Below are positions 10,771-20,852 of a stretch of 64,000 bases of DNA, piece by piece. The stretch's first letter is position 1; each line of letters starts with the position of its first letter. A program made the position numbers and the translations under genes. A model generated the notes under the pieces. That model was not told the DNA's origin and searched no databases. It was given only the letters and a program-made list of their open reading frames with translations. The stretch covers positions 28,132 through 92,131 of the forward strand of contig JACRGF010000009.1 in assembly GCA_016212395.1 (NCBI GenBank), given 5' to 3'. The DNA comes from Candidatus Micrarchaeota archaeon. GTDB lineage: Archaea; Micrarchaeota; Micrarchaeia; Burarchaeales; JACRGF01.

Positions 10771-11694
10771 ATGAGCGTGCTGGTTACAGGCGGTGCAGGG
10801 TTTATTGCAAGCCACTTGGTTGACGTGCTTGTTTCGAAACAAAGCAATATTGTCGTTCTAGACGACTTGAGTTCAGGAAAAAAAGAAAACGTGAACAAGA
10901 AAGCAAAACTAATAGTGAAAGACATTGTCCGCGACGATATCGACAGCGCATTCAAAGGAGTTTCCACTGTTTTTCATTTTGCTGCAGACCCTCTAGTTAA
11001 AGAAAGTGCGGAAAACCCCGCGCACAGTTTCAACATCAACGTTTCCGGAACTTTCCGCGTGCTTGAAGCGTGCAGGAAGAACAACGTGAAGAAAATAGTT
11101 TTCGCTTCAACTTCAACTGTTTACGGCGACGCTGCAGTTATTCCAACTCCTGAAACTGCTTTGCTCGAGCCTGTAAGCAATTACGGCGCGAGCAAGCTCG
11201 CGAACGAAGCATACGTTTCCTCCTACTGCCACACTTACGGAATGCGCGGCGTTTCACTCCGCTTTGCGAATATTTTCGGCCCGCGAAGCACGCACGGAGT
11301 AATGAAAGACTTTTTCTTCAAGCTGAAAAAAAACGCGAAACAGCTTGAAATTCTCGGAGACGGAAAGCAGGACAAGAGCTACTTGTTCGTGAGCGACTGC
11401 ATTGAAGCGATTTTGCTTGCAAGCGAAAAAAGCGCGAAAGCATACTCTGCCTTCAACGTTGGAAGCTCTGACAAAATGAAAGTGCTTGAAGTTGCGAGAA
11501 TAGTTTGCGAAATAATGCGCGTTTCGCCAGACTTTTCTTTCACTGGAGGAAAGCGCGGGTGGGTTGGCGACGTTCCAGTAATGCTTCTTGACACGAAGAA
11601 AATTTGCGCGCTCGGCTGGAAGCAGAAAACAAGCTTCAAGCAAGGAGTAAAAAAATACGTCGAGTGGCTCAAGACTCTAACTGGTTTTGACTAG
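10771..11694 (+). CDS. NAD-dependent epimerase (UDP-glucose 4-epimerase-like)
   Basis: VTGGAGFIASH, STSTVYG, YGASK, RFANIFGPRSTHGV, GWVGDVP. Confidence 0.88.
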   Translation: MSVLVTGGAGFIASHLVDVLVSKQSNIVVLDDLSSGKKENVNKKAKLIVKDIVRDDIDSAFKGVSTVFHFAADPLVKESAENPAHSFNINVSGTFRVLEACRKNNVKKIVFASTSTVYGDAAVIPTPETALLEPVSNYGASKLANEAYVSSYCHTYGMRGVSLRFANIFGPRSTHGVMKDFFFKLKKNAKQLEILGDGKQDKSYLFVSDCIEAILLASEKSAKAYSAFNVGSSDKMKVLEVARIVCEIMRVSPDFSFTGGKRGWVGDVPVMLLDTKKICALGWKQKTSFKQGVKKYVEWLKTLTGFD

Positions 11695-11734
11695 TTTTGC
11701 TTCAAGACTATAGACTGAGGACTCAAGACTTTTT

Positions 11735-14527
11735 TCAATTTACTTGCGGCAACGGCTGCACATCCGCTGCTGTTTCGTCTTTCAGCTTGAATATTCTCAC
11801 TGCCGCGCTTGGGCCTTGCTGGTTGTAATTCGGGTAGACTTGCTCGAAGCCAGGAATTTCACCGAGGAAAAAGCCTTGGTAGAACATCGATTCGTAGTAC
11901 TCGCTTTTCGCGTCTTCCAACGCGTTGCTTCCGTCAATCCACTCTTTCGGGTACCACAATATATACTGGTCGAACGGCCTGCCCTCCAGCTCTTGCTCCC
12001 CGTACTTGAACATTGCAGCGCGGTTCACAGTCCCGTCTTGGTTGTACAACAGCATAATCGTGCCTCCAGTTGAATCCGTCGCTGCCCTCACGCAGTAATT
12101 CGTCCACGGAGGCGAGTAGCCGACAATTCCTTTCCCTCCGTCTTCAGTTTCGCAAAAGTCGTTCAACTGCGGAGTTTTTGGAATGAACACGCGCTCGTAC
12201 ATGTATTTTACAGTATCGCACTCGTCTTTCCCAGGCCCTATTTCGCATTTCGTCTCGTTGTTGCGGTAGCACGAGAGGTAAGTGAGCGCGCCCCATTTTC
12301 CAATCAAATCATAATCAAGAAGCAGGTACTTTGCTTTCGTCTGGCGCATAAACTTTGCCATTCCTTCCGGCGTGTTTGCAACCATCTTGTCCGCAACTTC
12401 CAAATCCATGTCCATGTGCGCGTGGTCGTTCCTCGTCACAGTCTTTTTTCTCCCGAAAAAGTTCGTCCAGTGGCCGTAATCCCACCAGTGAAGCACGCGC
12501 GCGTCATCCTCAACATTCTGCTCAATCCACTCCATTGGCTCGCTCCAGTAAGGCGGAATGCGGTTGCAGTAAATCTGGCGCGCCATCCCCTCAGTAGTCC
12601 CGCAGAACGTCATCAACTCGCCCCAATTGCTTCCATTCACGGAATTGTAATTTACTGCTGCAGAAAATATCGGAAGCATCAACGAAGACTGCAAAAGCAA
12701 GAAAACAAATGCAACCCCGGCAATAGAAACGAACGCAGACGTTTTGTCCTTTCTCACCACTGAATCAACTGCGAAAGCGCAAGCAGCCAGCGCGAGAATG
12801 CCTGTCGCAACTGCCAACGCAACATCAACACTCCACGAAACTCTCCCAGCAATATACAGCAACGCGAGCGCAAGCATTCCAACTGCCGCGTAGACAGCGT
12901 ACTGCTTCTCTTCGTTTTTCTTCGGATTTTCAAAGTATTCTTTCGCAAGCTGTTGTATTCCGCCAATGAAGGAAGCGAACGCGAGCACGAGCATGAACCC
13001 GAAGTGCACCAAGTATTTTATTTTGTTTATTCCAACGTACGAAATCGGGATTATCGCCACTGCGTACAATACTCCCACGCGCGAACCGTTCTTGATCGCG
13101 TACGCTAATGACGCGAGGCCTCCGAACAAGAACAAGTACAACGAGTTCACGCCCAACTCATTGATTGGAACGCTCAAGTAAACGAACGCGTTGTAAGTAA
13201 ACCCTGCAAGCCAGCCTCCTCCAGTCGCGCCTTCCTCTGCTACAGTCTGCGCCAGCCCGCAGTCAGGCTTCGCGTAGCCAACAGCCCTGCTCAATTGTTC
13301 TGCAAGCGTGCTTCCAACTGACGGAATAGGCCCAATCGCCGGCATTAAAAGGAACACGAGCCCGACAACTGCGAGCGCGATAAAGTAATTCAGTTTCTCT
13401 TCAAGTTTTTTCGTCTTTTCTGAAATCAAGTAAAGCGCGCAAGCTCCAGCGAGCGCGCCAGCCATTGGAAACAATTCTGTGGGAATAGTAAACTGAATTC
13501 CTGACGGCGAGTACGCCATCAACCCGTACTCTCCGACAATCGCTCCGAACAGCACTATCGCGTTCACTTCAATAAACTGTTTCGACATTTTCCCGTTGAA
13601 ATAATCAATTACTGCCTGCACTCCAACATAACCTGCGAACACGAGGTACGCGAGAATTTGCGCCTTCGAGCCCAAGCTTACTGACGCGAGCGCTACTGCA
13701 GCAAGCACTGCAAACCTCCTGCTCTCGTGCTTTACAGCATGCGCGTACGCAGCGTAGAAAAAGAACGCGGCGAAAATGCCCCAAGGCAATTGTTCTGAAA
13801 CTCCAGCGAGAAACTTTTCCATCAACTGCGGAGTGAAAGCCACCAACCCCGCAGCGATCAAGCCTATCTCGCGCCTGTACTCAAGCGCCACCAATTCAAA
13901 CATCAGAAAACACAAAAGCGCGCCAACAAGCGGCGGGTAAGCTGCAGCCACTGTTGACAACAGCATGTGATCGTACGCGCCGCCCTGCGCGTAAATCGAA
14001 TACCATTGGCTCGTCAAGTACGCTATTAAAGGCGGGTTCCTGTGCGAGTCCCGGTGAGGATACCACGCCAAATCGTCGTACCTCAATACTTCCCCCTTCG
14101 TCAGAATCTGCTCTTGCATCACGTCATAATAATACGGGTCGAACTCGTAGTAAGTAGCGCTCAAGCTCTGAATGCGAATGAAAAACGCGAGCGCCATTAT
14201 AACTGTAAGCACAATCCAAACCCCGTCGCGCTTCAACTCGAACGAAGGCTTCACTTCCACTTTTTCTTTCGCGCTCAAAGCAATTCCCGCAAGCGTCAAA
14301 GCGAGCGAAACTCCAATCGCCACGTCAAAAGAATATTTTACTCCGAAGAAGGACAGAAACCACAACGCGAGCGGAGGAATAATCAACCCAAGCATGAACC
14401 CGTAGCAAATTATTTGGAAGAACGAGAGGTTGGTTCTCTTCAGCAACGGAAGCGCGAGCGCCAAGCCAGGAACGAGCGTAAACAAAAATATGGGCACGCC
14501 TGCAGCAACAAAATCAATGAAAGCCAC
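11735..14527 (-). CDS. aglB: Oligosaccharyltransferase AglB (STT3)
   Basis: EFDPYY, TVAE (TIXE-like) and WWDYGHW motifs; multi-TM N-terminal region. Confidence 0.93.
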   Translation of the reverse strand: MAFIDFVAAGVPIFLFTLVPGLALALPLLKRTNLSFFQIICYGFMLGLIIPPLALWFLSFFGVKYSFDVAIGVSLALTLAGIALSAKEKVEVKPSFELKRDGVWIVLTVIMALAFFIRIQSLSATYYEFDPYYYDVMQEQILTKGEVLRYDDLAWYPHRDSHRNPPLIAYLTSQWYSIYAQGGAYDHMLLSTVAAAYPPLVGALLCFLMFELVALEYRREIGLIAAGLVAFTPQLMEKFLAGVSEQLPWGIFAAFFFYAAYAHAVKHESRRFAVLAAVALASVSLGSKAQILAYLVFAGYVGVQAVIDYFNGKMSKQFIEVNAIVLFGAIVGEYGLMAYSPSGIQFTIPTELFPMAGALAGACALYLISEKTKKLEEKLNYFIALAVVGLVFLLMPAIGPIPSVGSTLAEQLSRAVGYAKPDCGLAQTVAEEGATGGGWLAGFTYNAFVYLSVPINELGVNSLYLFLFGGLASLAYAIKNGSRVGVLYAVAIIPISYVGINKIKYLVHFGFMLVLAFASFIGGIQQLAKEYFENPKKNEEKQYAVYAAVGMLALALLYIAGRVSWSVDVALAVATGILALAACAFAVDSVVRKDKTSAFVSIAGVAFVFLLLQSSLMLPIFSAAVNYNSVNGSNWGELMTFCGTTEGMARQIYCNRIPPYWSEPMEWIEQNVEDDARVLHWWDYGHWTNFFGRKKTVTRNDHAHMDMDLEVADKMVANTPEGMAKFMRQTKAKYLLLDYDLIGKWGALTYLSCYRNNETKCEIGPGKDECDTVKYMYERVFIPKTPQLNDFCETEDGGKGIVGYSPPWTNYCVRAATDSTGGTIMLLYNQDGTVNRAAMFKYGEQELEGRPFDQYILWYPKEWIDGSNALEDAKSEYYESMFYQGFFLGEIPGFEQVYPNYNQQGPSAAVRIFKLKDETAADVQPLPQVN

Positions 14528-14603
14528 GAAATCACTCCCTTCTTCATTTTTCAGTGTGAAACATATAAATACCTGTTTTCACTGAATCAACCCAACGAGT
14601 TTT

Positions 14604-15716
14604 ATGCTAGACCTAATTATTTCCGGCGCAGGCCCTGCAGGCTGCCTTGCAGCCAAAACAGCATGCGAGCAAGGCGCAAGCGCTAGCATTTTCGAAGAAC
14701 ACGCGCGAATAGGCGTGCCCACCCAATGCTCAGGCTTAGTTTCAAAAACCGGGCTTGACGCGCTCGGCATCGATTATTCGAGTGCAGTGGTAAACGAATT
14801 GAACGGAGCAAACGTCTACTGCCTGGACAATTGCCTGCACGTGAAAGCAAAAGAAACCAAAGCAATTCTCTTGGACAGGAAAAAATTCGACGAAATTTGC
14901 GCGCAAGAAGCCGAGAAAGCAGGAGCGAAAATAAAGTTGGGAAAAAGACTGAAGAAAAACGACTTGATTTCATCCGCACGCAACTCGACAATCATCGGGG
15001 CAGACGGCGCTTACTCCAGTGTTGCTGGCGCGTTCAATTTCCCAAAAATAAACTCATGGGCCTCGTGCTTCCAGTCTTTCTTCGAGCGCGCGCAAATCGA
15101 AGACAAGAAAAGCGTTTCAATCGTTTTTTCAAGCGAACTATTCCCCGGCTTCTTTGGGTGGGTGATTCCTGAAAACGAGGAATCCTGCAGAGTAGGGTTC
15201 GGGGCAAACCCTAAACAAAACAAGTGCGACATGAAAACAACCTTCCGCGCTTTCCTTGAAACAAAGCGCGTGAAAGAAATAATCCCAAAAGCAAAAATGG
15301 TTTCTTTCCACGGCGGGGTCATCCCTCTTGAAACGCGAAAGCAAACAGTGAAAAAAAACGTTTTGCTCGCAGGCGACGCTGCAGGCCAAGTGAAAGCAAC
15401 TACCGGCGGAGGCATTTTCTTCGGATGTTCGTGCGCAAAAATTGCAGGCGAACTCGCTGCAACAGGCAAGGCAAGCGAGTACGAACACGCATGGAGAAAA
15501 CAATTCGAAAAAGACTTGAAAACACACGCGAACATCCGGAAATTCCTCAACTCTTCAAGCGACAACGCGCTCGCAAACTACTTCAAGCTCGCGAAAATGT
15601 TCGGAGCGGAAAAGTTTCTCAGCGACCACGGAGAAATGGACTTGCTTGGAGGAATGCTTGAAAAAATGCGCGCCAGCCCTTTCAGCGCCCTAACCAAAAC
15701 ATTTAACGTCTTTTAA
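14604..15716 (+). CDS. Geranylgeranyl reductase family flavoprotein
   Basis: GAGPAG, P.QCSGL, IGADG, FGWVIP, LAGDAAGQVKATTGGGI. Confidence 0.88.
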   Translation: MLDLIISGAGPAGCLAAKTACEQGASASIFEEHARIGVPTQCSGLVSKTGLDALGIDYSSAVVNELNGANVYCLDNCLHVKAKETKAILLDRKKFDEICAQEAEKAGAKIKLGKRLKKNDLISSARNSTIIGADGAYSSVAGAFNFPKINSWASCFQSFFERAQIEDKKSVSIVFSSELFPGFFGWVIPENEESCRVGFGANPKQNKCDMKTTFRAFLETKRVKEIIPKAKMVSFHGGVIPLETRKQTVKKNVLLAGDAAGQVKATTGGGIFFGCSCAKIAGELAATGKASEYEHAWRKQFEKDLKTHANIRKFLNSSSDNALANYFKLAKMFGAEKFLSDHGEMDLLGGMLEKMRASPFSALTKTFNVF

Positions 15717-15741
15717 GCAAACATTACTTCAGATGGTTTGA

Positions 15742-16470
15742 ATGGTTCCAAAACACATTCTAATAACGCCTGACGGAATCTATATTCGCTGGTAATCCGC
15801 GTCTATAACCTTAAACAGGCGGTGGGCCAAGCTTAACGGCAAGACTGCCTTGGAAGGTCACGCCATAGGCATTGAGAAAATAAAAGAGGTAGTCGGCTGG
15901 TGCCGTGACGCCGGCGTGCGCGAGCTTTCTTTGTGGGGCTTTTCCACCGAGAACTTCGACCGCGACCCTGCAGAAGTAATCGGCTTGATGAAACTATTCG
16001 AAACTAAATTGAGCGAGCTTCTCTCAAGCGAAGAACTGAAAAAGCACGAAGTGCGCGTCCGCTTTTTCGGAGACTTGGAACGCATTCCCCCGCCAGTTCG
16101 AGCGTACTTGAAGAAAGTGGAAGACGCTACAAAATCAAACGGAGAATACAATCTCAACATTCTCTTGAGCTACGGAGGCAGGCCCGAGCTCATCTCAGCA
16201 TGCAACAAAATTCTCGACGCTGCAAAGCGCGGAGAAGTAAAAAAAATAGACGAAAGCAACTTCCAAACGTTCTTGTGGACAAGCGAATTGAGCGAGCCTG
16301 ACTTGGTAGTCCGCACTTCAGGAGAGCAGAGAACGTCCGGAGTGCTTCCATGGCAGGCTGCCTACGCTGAACTATACTTCTGCGAAAAACTGTGGCCAGA
16401 CTTTTCAAAAGAAGACTTTGAAAAAATACTGAAAGAATTCGACAGGCGCGAAAGGCGGTTCGGAAAATGA
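15742..16470 (+). CDS. uppS: cis-prenyltransferase (polyprenyl diphosphate synthase), split: join(15742..15778,15815..16470), 230 aa after splicing
   Basis: MVPKHILITPDG + NRRWAK on either side of a 36-nt insert; FSTENFDR, YGGRPE, PDLVVRTSGEQRTSG.LPWQ..YAEL.F...LWPDF. Confidence 0.92.
15779..15814 (+). other. Putative 36-nt bulge-helix-bulge intron in uppS mRNA
   Basis: In-frame TAA at 15793; exon stem CGCCTG/CAGGCG; central helix ACGG/CCTT (3 of 4 pairs); 3-nt bulges AAT and AAA; removal gives GAC GGA AAC AGG CGG TGG. Confidence 0.8.
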
Positions 16471-16793
16471 AAAAAACAAAACTCCATGATTTTGAATTGT
16501 GCGACAGCCCTTCCTCGCGAATGCGCGGGTTGATGTTCAGAAAAAAATTCAAAAAACCACTCTTGTTCAAATTCGATTTTCCAGCAAAGCACGCAATCCA
16601 CTCTTTCTTCGTGCTCTTCGAATTCGACGCTGTTTTTTTGAATGATGAAAAAAAAGTAGTTGACGTGTTCAAGCGAATAAAGCCATTCACTCCTCTAATT
16701 GTTCCGAAAAAGAACGCGCTTTTTTTGATAGAATTTCCAGCTGGAGTTGCTGAAAAGAAAGGCATAAAAACCGGCGATGCTATTGTTTGGTAA
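16467..16793 (+). CDS. DUF192 family protein
   Basis: SRMRGLMFR, IHSFFV.F..DAVFL, LIEFPAG......IKTGD. Confidence 0.85.
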   Translation: MKKTKLHDFELCDSPSSRMRGLMFRKKFKKPLLFKFDFPAKHAIHSFFVLFEFDAVFLNDEKKVVDVFKRIKPFTPLIVPKKNALFLIEFPAGVAEKKGIKTGDAIVW

Positions 16794-16869
16794 CGTGGGA
16801 GACAGTGACTGCATCAGAATTGTTTGCAAGCGCGCGAGTCGCAGTATTTGCGATTTTTTGCAGGTGTAA

Positions 16870-18600
16870 ATGATGGCTGTCAACTCGTTAGAATGGAGCG
16901 AAAAAGCCTGTGTCGACTGCAATTCATGCCTGAAAGCCTGCCCGAAGAACGTGAAGGACGACAAGATTTTCAACTGCACTCACTGCCCGCCAGAGCTTGC
17001 AGAATGCAAATCCTCGTGCCGAAAAGGCGCCATTAAGGAAGCGAACGGCTTCCTGTTCGTTGACGAAAACATCTGCAACGGGTGCTTCGAGTGCAAGTGC
17101 CAGAAAAGCGCGCTCGTTTTCCGCGACGGAAAAATCACCAAGTGCGACTACTGCTTTGGAAAGCCGGCGTGCGCGAGCGCGTGCCCCGAGAACGCGTTGC
17201 GCGCTTCAAGCGATGTGAAGCACGCCGGCAGCTTGCTCGGTTGGACTGTTGAAAAAACTGCCGACTACTTCGCTCCAGTCCCGCGCCTGAGTACAGACGA
17301 AGAACGCGTGCTCTCCGCGTGCATTGACGAGTTCAAGGAAGTCTCTAAAAGCGCTGAGCTGGGCGACCGCGCGCAGGCAAGCGAACTCCTCCACGCAATA
17401 CTCAAAGACTATTTCCACGAGAACGGTTTTTACGCAGACGAAAAACAGCTCAACTACCTGCGCGACGTTGCAGTAATGAGCGTATGCGGGTTCGGAGTGC
17501 TCGACTGCCTCTTGAAAGACGACGAGCTCGAGGAAATCTCCGTCTGCGGTTTGGGCGAGCGCGTGCGCGTCTTCCACCGCGCGAAAGGCTGGCTTGACAC
17601 GAACGTGCGCATTTCAAGCGAAGAATTCTTCCTCAACTCTGTAAACAAAATGGCGCGCGTGCTCGGCAGGAGAATAACGCTTCAAACCCCGCGCTTGAAC
17701 GCCGTGCTTCCCGACGGCTCGCGCTTGCACGCTTCAATCCCGCCTCTTTCCAATTTCGAGCTCACCATCAGGAAATTCCGCGCCCAGCCGATTTCAATTC
17801 CAGACTTGATCCGCTTCAACACTCTCTCAAGCCACGCGCTCGCGTTCCTGTGGCTCGCAATGCAAAGCGACGCCTCTATTCTCATAAGCGGAAACACTGC
17901 GAGCGGAAAAACGTCCACACTCAACGCGTTGTTTTCTTTCGTCCCGCTCTCCGAACGCATCGTCATCACTGAAGAAACTCCTGAAATAAACGTTCCTCAC
18001 GAGCACAAAGTGCGCATGGTTGCAAACGAAGAGCTCGGCATCCGCTTGACTGATTTGGTTGGAGACTGCCTGCGCATGAGGCCAGACCGCGTCATTGTCG
18101 CCGAAGTACGCACGAGCGACGAAGCAAAAGCGCTCGTTGAAACCATCCTAAGCGGGCAGGCGAAAGGCAGTTACGCAACGTTCCACGCTTCAACTGCTTC
18201 AGAAACCCTCCAGCGCCTGCGCTCGCTCGGAGTTTTGGAAATGGACTTGGCAAGCCTTGACCTGGCAGTAGTCCAGCGCAGAATAACAAAATACGACGCG
18301 AAAACAAAACAATCAAAAGAAATACGGCGCGTCACTGAAATAAGTGAAATCATTCCGTCCGCATCATCACTCCCAAAACAAAACACTCTATTCACCTACA
18401 ACCCAAAGACAGACTCTCTTGAACGCACTTCGTCAAGCTCGTTCTTCCTCGAGCGCATTGCCCCTGAACTCGGGTTGAGCAAGCAAGAACTCGAGCGCGA
18501 ACTCCTCGAACGCAAAAAATTCTTAGACAAGCTGGCGGCAGGCAAGAAAACTTCCTTCCTCGAATCAGTGAAACTCATCCAAAAACACTCGTTCGCATAA
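16870..18600 (+). CDS. Type II/IV secretion / pilus assembly ATPase (CpaF/VirB11/FlaI-like) with N-terminal 4Fe-4S dicluster domain
   Basis: N-terminal CxxCxxCxxxCP, CxxC, CxxCxxC, KCDYC..PACASACP; Walker A GNTASGKT, EETPE, LRMRPDRVIVAEVR, TFHA. Confidence 0.88.
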   Translation: MMAVNSLEWSEKACVDCNSCLKACPKNVKDDKIFNCTHCPPELAECKSSCRKGAIKEANGFLFVDENICNGCFECKCQKSALVFRDGKITKCDYCFGKPACASACPENALRASSDVKHAGSLLGWTVEKTADYFAPVPRLSTDEERVLSACIDEFKEVSKSAELGDRAQASELLHAILKDYFHENGFYADEKQLNYLRDVAVMSVCGFGVLDCLLKDDELEEISVCGLGERVRVFHRAKGWLDTNVRISSEEFFLNSVNKMARVLGRRITLQTPRLNAVLPDGSRLHASIPPLSNFELTIRKFRAQPISIPDLIRFNTLSSHALAFLWLAMQSDASILISGNTASGKTSTLNALFSFVPLSERIVITEETPEINVPHEHKVRMVANEELGIRLTDLVGDCLRMRPDRVIVAEVRTSDEAKALVETILSGQAKGSYATFHASTASETLQRLRSLGVLEMDLASLDLAVVQRRITKYDAKTKQSKEIRRVTEISEIIPSASSLPKQNTLFTYNPKTDSLERTSSSSFFLERIAPELGLSKQELERELLERKKFLDKLAAGKKTSFLESVKLIQKHSFA

Positions 18601-18639
18601 ACAAACAACTATTTTAAAAACAACAACAAACAATTCATT

Positions 18640-18730
18640 GTTTCGACTGGGTGGTTTTGTAGTTTAGAAGTTTTGTTGTTTTGCTTGCGTGGTTTTGTTT
18701 CTGGGGTTTTGTAGTTTAATGGTGTTTTTG
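18640..18730 (+). repeat. Degenerate GTTTTGNN-type tandem array upstream of trpB
   Basis: Units gttttgta, gtttagaa, gttttgct, gtttctgg, gttttgta, gtttaatg. Confidence 0.6.
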
Positions 18731-18731
18731 C

Positions 18732-19925
18732 ATGTTTTACGATTATCCTGACAAGAACGGAAAATTCGGAGTATTCGGAGGCAAGTTCGTTCCCGAAGTG
18801 ATCACTCCCTTGCTTGAAGAGCTCGAGCAAGCGTACAATAATGCGAAGAAAGACGAGCAGTTCCAGCTTCAGTTAAATGATTTGCTCAAGCACTTTGCAG
18901 GCAGGCCCACTCCAATTTACTTTGCAGAAAACCTGTCCAAGCGTGTTGGCGGAGCAAGAATTTTCCTGAAGCGCGAAGACCTCGCCCACCTCGGCGCGCA
19001 CAAGATAAACAACGCGCTCGGGCAAGCTTTGCTCGCGAAATTCATGGGCAAAAAACGCGTCATCGCCGAGACAGGTGCAGGACAGCACGGAGTTGCAACT
19101 GCAAGCGCTTGCGCAAAACTCGGCTTGAAATGCCGCGTCTACATGGGCTCTGTCGACGTCGAGAGGCAGGCGCTTAATGTTTTTCGCATGAAGCTAATGG
19201 GTGCTGAAGTCACTCCCGTAGAAAGCGGTTCGAAAACGCTCAAAGATGCTATCAACGAAGCGTTCCGCGATTGGATTGCAAACGTCCACGACACTCACTA
19301 CTTGATTGGCTCTGTAGTCGGTCCGCACCCTTACCCCTTAATAGTGCGCGATTTTCAAAGCATCATTGGAAAAGAAGCGAAAAAACAAGCGAGCGATACG
19401 ATTGGAAAGTTGCCTGATTGCATTGTTGCCTGCGTTGGAGGCGGAAGCAATGCTGCAGGCATTTTCAGCGAATTCGTTTCAGACGAGAAAGTCAAGTTAA
19501 TCGGCGTGGAGGCAGGCGGCAAAAGCAAAAAATCAGGCGAACACGCAGCGTCCATCTGCCTTGGCACTAAAGGCGTTCTTCACGGAAGCCTCGGATTTGT
19601 TTTGCAAGACGAGTTCGGGCAAATAATCGAAACGCACTCCGTCTCCGCAGGCTTGGACTACCCCGGAGTTGGGCCAGAGCACTGCCTCCTGCACGAGCTC
19701 AAGCGAGCGGAATACGTTTCAGCCACTGACGAGGAAGCGCTTGAAGCGTTCAAAACCCTCTCGGAATGCGAAGGCATAATGCCTGCTCTTGAAAGCGCGC
19801 ACGCATTGGCGCACGCAGTAAAACTCGCGAAAAAAATGAAGAAAGAAGAAAGCATTCTCGTATGCCTGTCAGGAAGAGGCGACAAAGACGTTGAAATAAT
19901 CAAGAAAAACACTTCATTGCTGTGA
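18732..19925 (+). CDS. trpB: Tryptophan synthase beta chain
   Basis: [61 protein letters not shown]. Confidence 0.97.
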   Translation: MFYDYPDKNGKFGVFGGKFVPEVITPLLEELEQAYNNAKKDEQFQLQLNDLLKHFAGRPTPIYFAENLSKRVGGARIFLKREDLAHLGAHKINNALGQALLAKFMGKKRVIAETGAGQHGVATASACAKLGLKCRVYMGSVDVERQALNVFRMKLMGAEVTPVESGSKTLKDAINEAFRDWIANVHDTHYLIGSVVGPHPYPLIVRDFQSIIGKEAKKQASDTIGKLPDCIVACVGGGSNAAGIFSEFVSDEKVKLIGVEAGGKSKKSGEHAASICLGTKGVLHGSLGFVLQDEFGQIIETHSVSAGLDYPGVGPEHCLLHELKRAEYVSATDEEALEAFKTLSECEGIMPALESAHALAHAVKLAKKMKKEESILVCLSGRGDKDVEIIKKNTSLL

Positions 19926-20723
19926 GTGAATGCCATGAATTCAATTGAAAACAGTTTGTCCGCGAAACTGCGCGAATTGAAAGAAAAAAAACAAGCAGCG
20001 CTAGTTTCCTTTTTTCCCCTCGGCTTTCCGAACATGAACACTTCGATTGATGTGTGCGCGCAATTGCTTTGCGGAGGCACTGACATTCTCGAAGTAGGCA
20101 TTCCGTTTTCAGACCCGATTGCAGACGGCCCCACCATTCAAGCAGCTTCACAGCAAGCGCTCGCGAACGGCGCGAACCCCAAGAAATGCTTTGAAGCAGT
20201 ACGCAAACTCAACGCAAGCGTTCCAGTAATGATTCTTACTTACTACAACCTGCTCTACAAAATGGGAGTTGAAAATTTCGTGAGTGAAGCGAAGAAGGCT
20301 GGAGTTTCAGCAATTCTCGCTGCAGACTTGCCAATAGAAGAAGCAAGCGAGTTCGAGAAAGCATGCGCGAAGCACAACGTCGCAACAGTCTTCATCATTG
20401 CTCCAAACACTTCAAGCGAGCGCGTCAAGAAAATCGCTCTCCACACTACTGGCTTTCTCTACTTAATGGCGCACTTCGGAGTGACAGGCGAGAAAGACAA
20501 CGTGGAAGACTTGACTATTCAAGCAGTAAAACGCGTGAAAAAAGCCACTAACACTCCAGTGTGCGTTGGCTTCGGCATTTCAAAAGAAGAACACGCGCGA
20601 AAACTCGCTGAAGCAGGAGCAGACGGCGTGATAGTAGGAAGCGCGTTCGTGAAAGCATCCCGCGCAGGCGAAAGCATTGAAGCGCTCGCAAGAAAACTCA
20701 AGCACGCCACGCTGAAGAAGTAG
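19926..20723 (+). CDS. trpA: Tryptophan synthase alpha chain
   Basis: EVGIPFSDPIADGPTIQ, TYYN, GVTG, VGFGIS, ADGVIVGSA. Confidence 0.96.
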   Translation: MNAMNSIENSLSAKLRELKEKKQAALVSFFPLGFPNMNTSIDVCAQLLCGGTDILEVGIPFSDPIADGPTIQAASQQALANGANPKKCFEAVRKLNASVPVMILTYYNLLYKMGVENFVSEAKKAGVSAILAADLPIEEASEFEKACAKHNVATVFIIAPNTSSERVKKIALHTTGFLYLMAHFGVTGEKDNVEDLTIQAVKRVKKATNTPVCVGFGISKEEHARKLAEAGADGVIVGSAFVKASRAGESIEALARKLKHATLKK

Positions 20724-20852
20724 AAAAGAAAGAAGAAAAGAAAACAAACCCTGCGACAACAATAAAAAACAGAAAAAAGCAAACAGAAAACTAACTGGCA
20801 GCACGCACCAAATAAAGCTAAAAGAAAAATAAAAAAGAAGGAATGCTTTTTT

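Noticed and set aside
15793..15795. Stop-codon readthrough (Sec/Pyl or recoding) as the explanation for split uppS
   Set aside because: The codon is TAA, which is used as a normal stop throughout the window, and readthrough would leave 12 extra residues inside the DGNRRW active-site motif.
15850..16470. ORF-track start of uppS at TTG 15850
   Set aside because: It omits the first strand and the catalytic Asp motif encoded at 15742-15830.
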